Shown: positions 17,530 through 27,500 of the stretch, one piece after another
Numbering within the stretch: the stretch's first letter is position 1
How the letters are laid out: each line of letters begins with the position of its first letter
DNA from: a virus
Length of the DNA stretch: 64,000 nt
Reading direction: 5' to 3' (one strand)
IMG/VR virus record: IMGVR_UViG_3300045988_126112
Coordinates: 96,001-160,000 of that record
The notes under the pieces: generated by a model
The model's database searches: none
What the model saw: the letters and a program-made list of their open reading frames with translations, nothing else
Told to the model about the DNA's origin: nothing
Translations under genes and position numbers: made by a program

Positions 17530-20178
17530 ATGGCAGATATGAATTACTTACCAGATATTTATAAAATAACCGATACAGTTCAAAGTATACAAAAAAATTA
17601 TATTGAGGAAGATGATGTTACTTTAACAATGGGTATCTATGGTTATTTAAATGAAGTCAATGCTAACGCATTACAAAACGCTATATTATTAGCAGCAGAA
17701 TATGGTAATGAAGCATTACCAATACGTGCTAAATATGAAAGAACCATTCTTACAAATGCTATAACTTATGATGTTAAAGATATAAATGCACAGCCAGCTG
17801 TAATGAAAGTTATGTTAGGATTCTTAAAATCTAATCTAGATAATTTTCTTGATTCAAATAAGCAATTAGTTATAGATAGATATTGCGATTTAGCTATTGA
17901 AGAATATAATTTTCATTTAGACTATGATTTAATAATAACAAGAAGAAAATTAATGAATGGAAATATTATATATTCAGCTAGATATGATTTATCTTTCGAT
18001 AATGGTATATCTGATATTACAAACCCATACTTACAATCTCCAATAATAACTTCAGTTCAAGGAGATGAATATTTATTTGTAATATGTGATATAAGACAAA
18101 CATCTTTAGATATACTTACTAATAAAATTATTACTAATAATATACTTGAATCAAAAACATTTGATTTTCAATTCGAAAATCAATTATGTAATTTTAATGT
18201 ATTTGTAAAAGAAAATGGAGTTACAACTAAATTAACGCCAATATATGAAGGTATGCCTTCAACAACAGAAAAATTCTGTTACTTTACTTATGTAAATGAA
18301 AATACAATAAGAGTAAAATTCGATAGAAAATCTTATCAACCAGCTTTAAACTGTGAAATTACAGTAGAAGTTTATACTACATTAGGTAGTGCTGGAAACT
18401 TTTCTTATTCTAAAATATTAATATTACCTTTAGAGTCTGAAAATTATGATTATAGAAATATAAAAGCTATAATAAGACCTATGGCTTCTTCCACTAATGG
18501 AAGAGATAGAAAATCTGTAAATGAATTAAAAAGAATAATACCAAAACGTATGTTAGCACGTGCTGGTATTATAAATACAAAAGATTTACAAAACTATTTT
18601 GATATGTTAGATGTTGATAATAGACTTGTAGTATTTAAGAAAAGAGATAATCAAATAGAAAGATTGTATTATGCATATTTATTAGCTAAAGATGAAAATA
18701 GTGATATAGTTCCTACAAATACTATTGAAATAAATCTTAATACTGAAAACTTTGATATTATCTATAAAGATAGATATATTTTAAAACCTGGTAGAGAGAT
18801 ATTCTATGATAAAAAAGAAATTGGATATTATGATAAAAAATTAATTGGAGAAGAAGAAAAATTAACTGAATGTGAATGCGGCTGTGGTTGTTTAATGGGT
18901 GAAAGACATCCAATATTTACTTATGCATCACCATTTATTACTGTTGTAAACAAATCACCTTTATCTATTTCTTATTATCTTGATGTAATTAATGATACTT
19001 ATATATTCGATTATGATTATATAAATCAACAGTCAGCAATACAATTTGTATCTACTAATATAAACTTATCTAAAAATTATTTAATTAGTGATGATTATGT
19101 ATTTAGAATGAGTTTCACACAAAACTCTACTACTAATGCTGATATAGTAATATATGAAAAAGATGAAGAAGGAAATAAAACTGGTGTTATCTCTGATATA
19201 CTATTAAAACCAGTTTTAGCTATAAGTATAAATGGAACAACTTATTATGTTAAAGGTGACATAGTAAACTTTGAAGAAAATACTTTCACTTATGAAACAG
19301 AATTTAGATTATCTACTAATAGCTGTTTAATAAATGAAAAAAATCAAATTCAAATAGTTAATCTAATAAGAAGTGGTGAATCTAGAGAAGAAAGTGTATT
19401 TGTTGATGAAATAATTCATATATCTGTATATGCTTTCTTAGAAAACTCATTAATTAGTGATAAAGATACTACTTATAATCCTGATATAGTAGTACCTGAA
19501 TATAATATAAATTATTCAGTTGTAAATAAATATCTAATAAATGAAGATATGCATTTATTTTATAATTATTCATCTACAATTAATTCAGTTTGTAAAGTTA
19601 ATAAACCTAATGAAGGTACTGAAACTGAAAGTTATAATTTCAGTTTAAAATCAATACCATTAATCAGACATGATTATATAAATAATAGCTATAAACTAAA
19701 TGAATTTATTAGTTATTTACAATATAGAAAATCGTATATTGATAAAGCACAAGAAATAATGGAAGATTCATTCAATATAGATTTAAAATTCTTTAACACA
19801 TATGGTCCATCTAAATTATTTAAGATTGGTAGAAAATCTGAAGAATTAGATAGAGTTAATTTAACTCTAAACTTCATTGTAAAATTAATATTGTCTTCAA
19901 ATGCTGAAGTTATATATTCTATTAAAGATAGTATAAAAGCATATATAGAAGATATAAATAAATTAACTAGTGTGCATATGAGTAATATCTGTTCTCATAT
20001 AAAACAACAATATGATTCTGATATAGATTTCATAGAATTTGTTGGAATGAATCATTATAATTCAAATTATCAATATCTTGAAAAGAATGAACCAGATATT
20101 TTAACTGATGTACCAGAGTTTATAAATGTTAACTTAAACGCTAATTTAGAGCCAGACATAAACATCACCATAATTTAA
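17530..20178 (+). CDS. Large hypothetical virion-module protein (882 aa)
   Basis: Long ORF coupled to the upstream gene. It contains a Cys cluster 'CECGCGC'. I cannot assign a family. Confidence 0.75.
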   Translation: MADMNYLPDIYKITDTVQSIQKNYIEEDDVTLTMGIYGYLNEVNANALQNAILLAAEYGNEALPIRAKYERTILTNAITYDVKDINAQPAVMKVMLGFLKSNLDNFLDSNKQLVIDRYCDLAIEEYNFHLDYDLIITRRKLMNGNIIYSARYDLSFDNGISDITNPYLQSPIITSVQGDEYLFVICDIRQTSLDILTNKIITNNILESKTFDFQFENQLCNFNVFVKENGVTTKLTPIYEGMPSTTEKFCYFTYVNENTIRVKFDRKSYQPALNCEITVEVYTTLGSAGNFSYSKILILPLESENYDYRNIKAIIRPMASSTNGRDRKSVNELKRIIPKRMLARAGIINTKDLQNYFDMLDVDNRLVVFKKRDNQIERLYYAYLLAKDENSDIVPTNTIEINLNTENFDIIYKDRYILKPGREIFYDKKEIGYYDKKLIGEEEKLTECECGCGCLMGERHPIFTYASPFITVVNKSPLSISYYLDVINDTYIFDYDYINQQSAIQFVSTNINLSKNYLISDDYVFRMSFTQNSTTNADIVIYEKDEEGNKTGVISDILLKPVLAISINGTTYYVKGDIVNFEENTFTYETEFRLSTNSCLINEKNQIQIVNLIRSGESREESVFVDEIIHISVYAFLENSLISDKDTTYNPDIVVPEYNINYSVVNKYLINEDMHLFYNYSSTINSVCKVNKPNEGTETESYNFSLKSIPLIRHDYINNSYKLNEFISYLQYRKSYIDKAQEIMEDSFNIDLKFFNTYGPSKLFKIGRKSEELDRVNLTLNFIVKLILSSNAEVIYSIKDSIKAYIEDINKLTSVHMSNICSHIKQQYDSDIDFIEFVGMNHYNSNYQYLEKNEPDILTDVPEFINVNLNANLEPDINITII

Positions 20179-20212
20179 CATTATATTAATATTAGTAAAG
20201 GAGGAGAATTTA

Positions 20213-21139
20213 ATGGATACATTAAATATTATAAACAATTATAATGCAGAAGATTATATTACAGCAAGTTTAATAAGTCAACTTAATGAAGGAGAAATAA
20301 AAGATAGAAATGTAGATGAAAATGATGATATAAGAAATATATTAATGGAAATGCATCTACAAGGAAATCAAGCTAGCTTAGAATTAGATAAATTTAAAAC
20401 TAAAGTAAGAGATGATTTATTATTTGAAGCTATATATTATGTATATAAACCAACATTAAAAGATAGAATTTCACCAAGAACTGAAGCTCTATCTAAAACT
20501 TTAGTAAAAGATTTTATAGCTGAAAATGGAAGTTATGAACTTTTAAAAAGATATAAACATGAATCAGCATTTTTATCTAATCTTTATTCTATAATTGAAA
20601 ATTATGCTGGTATGATATTAGAAAAAGTAGATAAAGATAATGTAAATACTTTCTCTATAGATACAGATTTAAAAGATGATTTCTTTAATACATTAGAAGC
20701 AGAAGATTTCCAATCTATATCTACATTAGTTAATCAAAGAATTGCTGGAGCTATAGATGAATTTATAATTGATAATCAACAAACTAAAGCTCAAATAAGA
20801 GATATAGTAGCTCAAACTAAAGAAAGAATAGACACTAAACAAAATATGCCTCAAGATATAGAAGAGGCTTATAATGAACAATGTAAAACTAGAATAGCTA
20901 ATTTAAAACGTAATAAAACTAAAACTGTTCTTGAAGCATTAATATACAATATAGCTGAATCAGCTATAAGAAAACCAGAATTAAGAGAAGTATATTTCTC
21001 TGGTAATAAACCAGATATGGATTTAATAGTAGATGAAGCTACTACAGTATATTCTTTATTAGAAACTCTAAACACTTATAAATTTGCTAGAGTAAATGAA
21101 GATTATATAGTTAAAACTTTAGATAGTTTTAGAATGTAA
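20213..21139 (+). CDS. Hypothetical protein
   Basis: 308 aa with SD AAAGGAGGAG. Followed by the bidirectional terminator at 21147-21180. Confidence 0.75.
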   Translation: MDTLNIINNYNAEDYITASLISQLNEGEIKDRNVDENDDIRNILMEMHLQGNQASLELDKFKTKVRDDLLFEAIYYVYKPTLKDRISPRTEALSKTLVKDFIAENGSYELLKRYKHESAFLSNLYSIIENYAGMILEKVDKDNVNTFSIDTDLKDDFFNTLEAEDFQSISTLVNQRIAGAIDEFIIDNQQTKAQIRDIVAQTKERIDTKQNMPQDIEEAYNEQCKTRIANLKRNKTKTVLEALIYNIAESAIRKPELREVYFSGNKPDMDLIVDEATTVYSLLETLNTYKFARVNEDYIVKTLDSFRM

Positions 21140-21146
21140 ATAAAAG

Positions 21147-21180
21147 CCCCATAGGTTGTTAGACCTATGGGGTATCTTTT
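21147..21180. terminator. Bidirectional terminator between convergent genes
   Basis: Stem CCCCATAGG/CCTATGGGG with T-runs on both sides. Confidence 0.8.
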
Positions 21181-21572
21181 TATAAATATATAGTAAAATC
21201 TTTTGATGAAAAATTAGTTATATTGAATAATAAATTTAAATAAGTATTATCATTAATACAATATTTAGCCTTACACTTACATGAACTAAGTATATTTTGT
21301 ACATAAGGATTATTAAAAAATCTTTTCAATATATTTGAAGTTGTACTAAACGGATCGAAATTTATATCATTTTCAAACTCTAATGAAATAGTTTTAAATC
21401 TACCGTTCATTAAAAAATTTATATTTAAGGGATTTAATGTATTAACAATCTCTTGCTCCAATATTTTCATTGCTGTATCATCTGAATATATATTATTGTG
21501 TATAAATATTAAAAATTTTTTACATTCATCTGTAAATCTCTCATCTATAAAAGGTAATTTATTTTCTACCAT
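21180..21572 (-). CDS. Hypothetical protein
   Basis: 130-aa ORF that overlaps the upstream gene by 14 nt. The SD is weak. Confidence 0.55.
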   Translation of the reverse strand: MVENKLPFIDERFTDECKKFLIFIHNNIYSDDTAMKILEQEIVNTLNPLNINFLMNGRFKTISLEFENDINFDPFSTTSNILKRFFNNPYVQNILSSCKCKAKYCINDNTYLNLLFNITNFSSKDFTIYL

Positions 21573-22278
21573 AATAACTCAACTCACTCTCTTCTGGAAA
21601 ATTTTTTCTTTTAGATACTTGATTATATTGAAATTTATTATAAAACATATTTAAGTATCTAATATTGATTTCAATTCTAGGTAATATGGAATAATACTTA
21701 TGTACTGACCCATCTATTATTAAATCATCATCAAGCCATACATTAGCATTAAACATATCTGTATATTTTTTACCAGCATTATCCCAGTCTGGTTTCTTTA
21801 TGGGTCTTATCATTCCCATTTCTGCTAAAAATGTATCAGCAGCGTTAAATCCTTTTGGTGTTTCTATATACATTGTAATATCTACAATGCATGGAGTACA
21901 TATTAAACTTTCTAACTCATCAAACTCTTCTTTTTCCATTAATCTTTTTATATACATATTATCTTCTTTTGCACATGGCATATAAACATGTATAAAATTA
22001 CTATTATTTTTTGCCATATCTGCTAAATTATATCTATTAACTAATCTAGCTCTTGGTCTTTCTGACCCTTCTGGTTCTTCATACAATACTACATTATAAT
22101 CTTTATAGTATAGATTATTAAGCATTCCATTTCTTTTTTCCAATATTTCATTTTGTTTCTTTTCATTTATATTTAATTTATCATACAAATAGCTTAATCT
22201 CTCATTATAATCTTGTGGAATATCACCATATTTATTATAATAATTGACAGCTTTTTCTATTCTACTTTTTTTACTCAC
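21559..22278 (-). CDS. rusA: RusA-family Holliday-junction resolvase-like protein
   Basis: The C-terminal block 'KKPDWDNAGKKYTDMFNANVWLDDDLIIDGSVHKYYS..PRIEINI' matches the RusA signature (PD.DN..K...D......DD..I......K.Y). GTG start 9 nt after GGAGG. Confidence 0.6.
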   Translation of the reverse strand: MSKKSRIEKAVNYYNKYGDIPQDYNERLSYLYDKLNINEKKQNEILEKRNGMLNNLYYKDYNVVLYEEPEGSERPRARLVNRYNLADMAKNNSNFIHVYMPCAKEDNMYIKRLMEKEEFDELESLICTPCIVDITMYIETPKGFNAADTFLAEMGMIRPIKKPDWDNAGKKYTDMFNANVWLDDDLIIDGSVHKYYSILPRIEINIRYLNMFYNKFQYNQVSKRKNFPEESELSYYGRK

Positions 22279-22338
22279 ATGGATATACCTCCTTTTATAT
22301 AATTTTAATAAATTGTTACCAATTTAATTATTTTTGAC

Positions 22339-24480
22339 TTATTGAGAAGGTAATAATTTATGATATAAATTTTCACCAAGAGAATCTACTTTAACTTGTA
22401 ATCCAACTAATCCATTTCCGAATAATGTTTTCTTACCAGCAGACCATAATCTATTTAAATCTAGTTCTATAGCTCTCATTATATCTGGTTTATTTACATT
22501 TATACCACATAAATTGGCTATATAATCTAATTGATCTACGTTTTTACTTAATCCAACATAATCATTTTTAGGTGACATAGATAATGATTGATATAAATCT
22601 TTTATACTAATACTTATATCAACATCTAATGGTAATGCTGATAAAGTCCATTTAGATTTTTCACCTCTTGTTATACTCAAACTTGATATAATTCCCATAT
22701 TTACATTAAATTGCCCTTTATAAAAAGCTCTAACTAAAAATGGTGATTGAATACCATTATATCCTAATTGTCTTGGTAATGTAAAAGCTAATAGATGTAT
22801 TAATGGTACACCTATATTTAAATACCAACTATATGGATCTCCATCTGGAGTTCTAAGTTTAATATTTATATCATAACTTCTACTGAAATCAGAATCATTC
22901 CATATTTCTGGGAATACTAATTGCCCACCAACTTTTATAGTATCTAATGTATTTCTTAATCTACTAGTTAATAGAGCTGGTAAAACTTGTATATATTTAT
23001 CTGTAAAAGATGTTATTTGGTCAAAAGCATCTGAAAAGTTATTAGTTAATAATTGATTATATGCTGTACCAGTTGCTCCACCCATTAAGAATCCTATTTC
23101 TCTTGATAAATTATTAACTTGATTTATTGAATTTGCAAATTCAGATTCTGCAGTACTATTACTAAAACTTTCAGACATTTGTGATTCAGCATCTACATAA
23201 AAACCTACAGCTTGAACTAATCCAGATATATTCTTTAAATATCTAGATTGATAATTTTCCCATGACATTTGACCAAGAGAAGATTTATCAAACAATGCTC
23301 TTGTTGTATAGATATATTTATTAGCTATACCTAAATATATAGCCATTTCTTGTAACATTGCATCTACATAGTTAAAATACTCAGAATAAGCATGCTGGAA
23401 AGTATAGAATTTTCCATCTCCTTCTTCACCACTTACATCAGCTAATAATGTTTCTGCAGCACTTATACCACCAGCAACTAATGCTGATAATAAATCATCT
23501 TTAGAATCGTTTGAATAGTTAGGCATATAAGTAGGTATTCCTGGTGATAATACTAATAATGGCATTTTACTTAATATTCTTTCAGCATATAGTCTACCAT
23601 AAGAGCTATCACTTGATAATTTAGGATCCACTAAACTAGAAAATTGATATGGCATACCATGTATACCTCTAACTATATCACTTGGTATACTATCTTGGTC
23701 ATAATCATTTAATTTACCTTGAAATGCAGCATAATCTATATCATCTCTAGTTAAACTATCATCTTCAGGAATAAATTTATCTGTGCTTACTGAAGAGTCT
23801 TCACCATCTCCACCTTCACCACTATCACCTGAACCGCCACTTCCTCCATTACCACTACTATTTTTATGCTTTACAATACTATTATTATTTATTTCACTTA
23901 CTTTTGCTTCACCAGATTTTACATCAGTAGCTTTTATATACGTATTACTAGTTGTCTTATAACAAACATATCCATGTTTATCTTTTTTAGGAGTTGGGTT
24001 TTGCATTGTTGGTTTCTTTGAACTATATTCAACATAACACCATCCATCAGTTATACCAACTTTACTCATACTTACTATAGTATTAACTGGTATAGTTCCT
24101 AAAGAAGTTTTACTTTCTCTAGTTTTCCATACTGTAACTTTTTTAACTACAGTTCCAGTAGCTTTTATACTACTAGCATTAAAAGTTCTTAATTGGAATC
24201 CTGTTGTTGGATCCCCTTTAACTCCACCTTGTGCTTTATATGCTTCAGTAACACCTTTACCACTAACATGAATGCTACCATTAATCATATATAAGCACCA
24301 TCCAGTACCTAATTTTGAATGTTTTACTTTACAATACCAGTTTGTTTTATTATATCTTAATACTGTAACTTTATCTCCTGCACTCATTACTCCTATTTTT
24401 TTAGAACTCTGAGATGTACCTTCTCTTAAAGTTGTAGCTATTTCTATTACAGCACTTCCACCTTTAACATAATTAGCCAT
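22339..24480 (-). CDS. Tail-associated protein candidate: N-terminal SH3-like repeats, a G/S/D-rich linker and a roughly 470-aa C-terminal domain of unknown fold
   Basis: 713 aa, immediately downstream of the tape-measure-like gene. SH3-like repeats ('TNWYCKVKHSKLGTGWCLYM', 'DGWCYVEYSS', 'HGYVCYK'). Linker 'SSGNGGSGGSGDSGEGGDGEDSS'. SD is AAGGAGAG. Confidence 0.5.
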   Translation of the reverse strand: MANYVKGGSAVIEIATTLREGTSQSSKKIGVMSAGDKVTVLRYNKTNWYCKVKHSKLGTGWCLYMINGSIHVSGKGVTEAYKAQGGVKGDPTTGFQLRTFNASSIKATGTVVKKVTVWKTRESKTSLGTIPVNTIVSMSKVGITDGWCYVEYSSKKPTMQNPTPKKDKHGYVCYKTTSNTYIKATDVKSGEAKVSEINNNSIVKHKNSSGNGGSGGSGDSGEGGDGEDSSVSTDKFIPEDDSLTRDDIDYAAFQGKLNDYDQDSIPSDIVRGIHGMPYQFSSLVDPKLSSDSSYGRLYAERILSKMPLLVLSPGIPTYMPNYSNDSKDDLLSALVAGGISAAETLLADVSGEEGDGKFYTFQHAYSEYFNYVDAMLQEMAIYLGIANKYIYTTRALFDKSSLGQMSWENYQSRYLKNISGLVQAVGFYVDAESQMSESFSNSTAESEFANSINQVNNLSREIGFLMGGATGTAYNQLLTNNFSDAFDQITSFTDKYIQVLPALLTSRLRNTLDTIKVGGQLVFPEIWNDSDFSRSYDINIKLRTPDGDPYSWYLNIGVPLIHLLAFTLPRQLGYNGIQSPFLVRAFYKGQFNVNMGIISSLSITRGEKSKWTLSALPLDVDISISIKDLYQSLSMSPKNDYVGLSKNVDQLDYIANLCGINVNKPDIMRAIELDLNRLWSAGKKTLFGNGLVGLQVKVDSLGENLYHKLLPSQ

Positions 24481-24494
24481 AATATCACTCTCCT

Positions 24495-24538
24495 TTTTTT
24501 ATAATAAAGTTCGGAAAGGATTATTCTCCTTTCCGAAC
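24495..24538 (-). terminator. Hairpin (terminator or attenuator) just after the giant gene
   Basis: 12-bp stem GTTCGGAAAGGA/TCCTTTCCGAAC, followed on the minus strand by TTTATTAT. Confidence 0.6.
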
Positions 24539-24544
24539 CTAGTT

Positions 24545-27500
24545 TTATTCAGTAGCTAATATTTCAAGTATATCTAAAATAGCTTGAGTATTACTTGTAT
24601 CACTATCAGTACTATTCATTCCTTTTTGTAATAATGAGAATATTTTTTGTGTCTTAGTTTTGTCAGTATCTGAAGATGTTTTAGTTGTTGGTTTTGTAGT
24701 TTTTGTCTTAGTTGCTGGTTTACCTGTTATTGATTTTTGTATTTCTGTTAATAAATCAACTACTTCTTTAATATTTTCAGTATTATTAGCGACTTTATTT
24801 AATACTGATACTATTATAGTAATAAGTTGTTTTAATACTTTTTCGTCAATTCCTTTATTTAAATTACTTATATTAGCATCAACTTTTTGGTCACTATCAG
24901 GGAATGATAAAGTAACTTTATCTAATGAATTCTTAGTACCACCATGAGCTGTTTTATCATAATATTTACTTGGATTTAAACTCTTACCATTATCTGTCAC
25001 TTCATAATGTAAATGTGAACCAGTACTTCTACCAGTTGAACCTACATTACCAATTATATCATTTTGTCTAACTTTTGTTCCTAATCCATAAGAAGATTGA
25101 TCTTTCATATGTGCAAATCTATGATCGATACCTTTCTTATCTCTTACAACAAGAGTATTACCAAATCCATATTTTTTATCTTTAAGATTTTCTACAACTT
25201 TTCCTGATACTGGTGATTTTATTGGTGTATTTTCTTTTGCAGCATAGTCAACACCAGTATGGAATTCATTATCTCTTATACCAAAATCAGATGATTTGAC
25301 TCCATCTAATGTATCTTGGAAATATCTATCAATATCTTTAGTAAGATCTGTATCTTCTCCTTTACCTTCAGATGTAATCTTGCTCTTAATGTCTGCTAAC
25401 CATTTTGTATAGAATTCTTTTGATATAGGATGTATATGGTCACTTCCTCTATAAGATGGTTTATCTATACTTCTTGAGTCAACTATGTTAACTGAGTTCT
25501 TAGATGCTATTCCTGGTAATGCTTTTTGTACTACTGGAACCCATTTTTTAGTTTTACCACCAGAAGGAGTAAATGTTTGTGTTAACACTATTTTACTCTT
25601 TGGAGATTCTTTCTTGATTTTGTTTATAAGTTTAGTATATTGCTTACTATACCAATCAGCATTGAAACTTCCACCGCCACTAATCCAGTCCGCATCATTT
25701 GTTCCATAATGTGTTATGATTACTGGAGGTTTTTTAGCAGCTGCTTTGGCAACATTTCCATCGCTAATACCTTTAGCAACTGTATCACCTATTGTAGCTA
25801 CTACTCTACTAGATGGTAATACTTTCATATCTTTAAAACCTTTAGCTATTGAGTCACCTAATATAACTGATTTATCAAAATCACTAGATGAAACTTTTGT
25901 TTTTACTGAACTGTAATCTGTACCACTACTTAAATCACTACCATCACTTGAACTTGAACTATCTGTTGTAGCATCACTTGCAGCTGGTGTATCAATATCA
26001 AATCCAAATAATTTCTTACTAAAGTTTATAGCAGCTGTAGCCATATCACTAAAGAATTCACCTGCTGTACTTCCAGTAGAAGTATCATCTCCACTTGAAG
26101 CTCCACCATGTGAAGCTGAGTAATTTCCAACACTAGCTTCAGGTAATGTATAGCTTCCTGTAGCTTTTTCAAATTTAGTTAACTTATTAGGATTTTTTAT
26201 AGTTGGTGATACTTTCTTATCTCCATCTATAAATCTCTTACCAGTTAACCAATGGTTTTGAGACCAACTACTTCCAAGATTAGCAACTCTTATACCACTA
26301 AATCCACTTGAATCACTTGTAGTAGATTCTATATATTTATTATCTCCTAAATATAATGATGAATGTGAAACATTATCTTTATATTTAGTAGTACCATTTC
26401 TACTAGATCTAGTATTTTTAAATAATATAATATCACCAGGTTTAAGATCACCTTTCTTAACTTTAGTACCTCTACTACTTAAATATTGTTCTTCTGTATA
26501 GCCACCTATTTCAGTACCTGCAGCTCTGTCAAATACATGGTGAGTAAAGCTTGAACAGTCAGAAGCATTTCTATTTTTATTTATATAATCTCTATTTGGT
26601 TGAGAATAATAGAATCCTTTGTTTAAGAAAGATAAAGCATATTCTATAATCTTAGAACTTAATTTAACTTTATCATCACCTTTACCATATCTTTCATCGT
26701 CACCTTTACCAGTACTAACAAAGTTTTCAAAGTTAACTAACTTACCATCTTTAAGATATTTCTTATAGATAGTTTGTGCAGTTTTAGCTCTAGTTCCTCC
26801 ACCAACTCCTCTTTCGAAGAATTTATTAAACTTAGAACCAGCTTGATATGCATCAGTTTCATTTAAGAATCCATTAAGTCCTTTCTTTGGATATTCTTGG
26901 TTAAGCCATACCTTATGAGTACTATCTTGTAATTGATCCCATAAGAATGCCATTTGAGCATCTGTATCTGACCATTCCAAATTCATAGATTTTGCTATTT
27001 TTTTCAATTTATCAAAGTTATTATATTTGCGTATCCATTGGAATAATCCAAAATAAGTACCAGTTTTATCTTTACCATCAGCTTTTGGATTAAAACTACT
27101 TTCACACCAAGCATTACCTAAAACACCTGCAGATGCAGCATCTGATGCACCTTTAGCTTTAGTAAATTTTAGTATTTTTTCTGCAACATTTTTAGCTGAT
27201 ATATTAGATTCATCACTAGATGAACTACCATATTCTGAAGAACTTGAATCATCTGTTGTAGCATCACTTGCAGCTGGTTCATCAATATTAAATCCAAATA
27301 ATTTCTTAGTAAAGTTTATAGCAGCTGTAGCCATATCTCCAAAGAAATCACCTGCTGTAGTTGTAGCAGTAGTATCTTCTGTAGCAGTTCCATCACTTGT
27401 ACCATCTGAAGTTCCATCAGAACCATCATTTACTTCAGTAATTTCTCCTCCTACTTTATCCATATATTCTTTAAATGATAATGAACTTCCTTTAAGTTTA

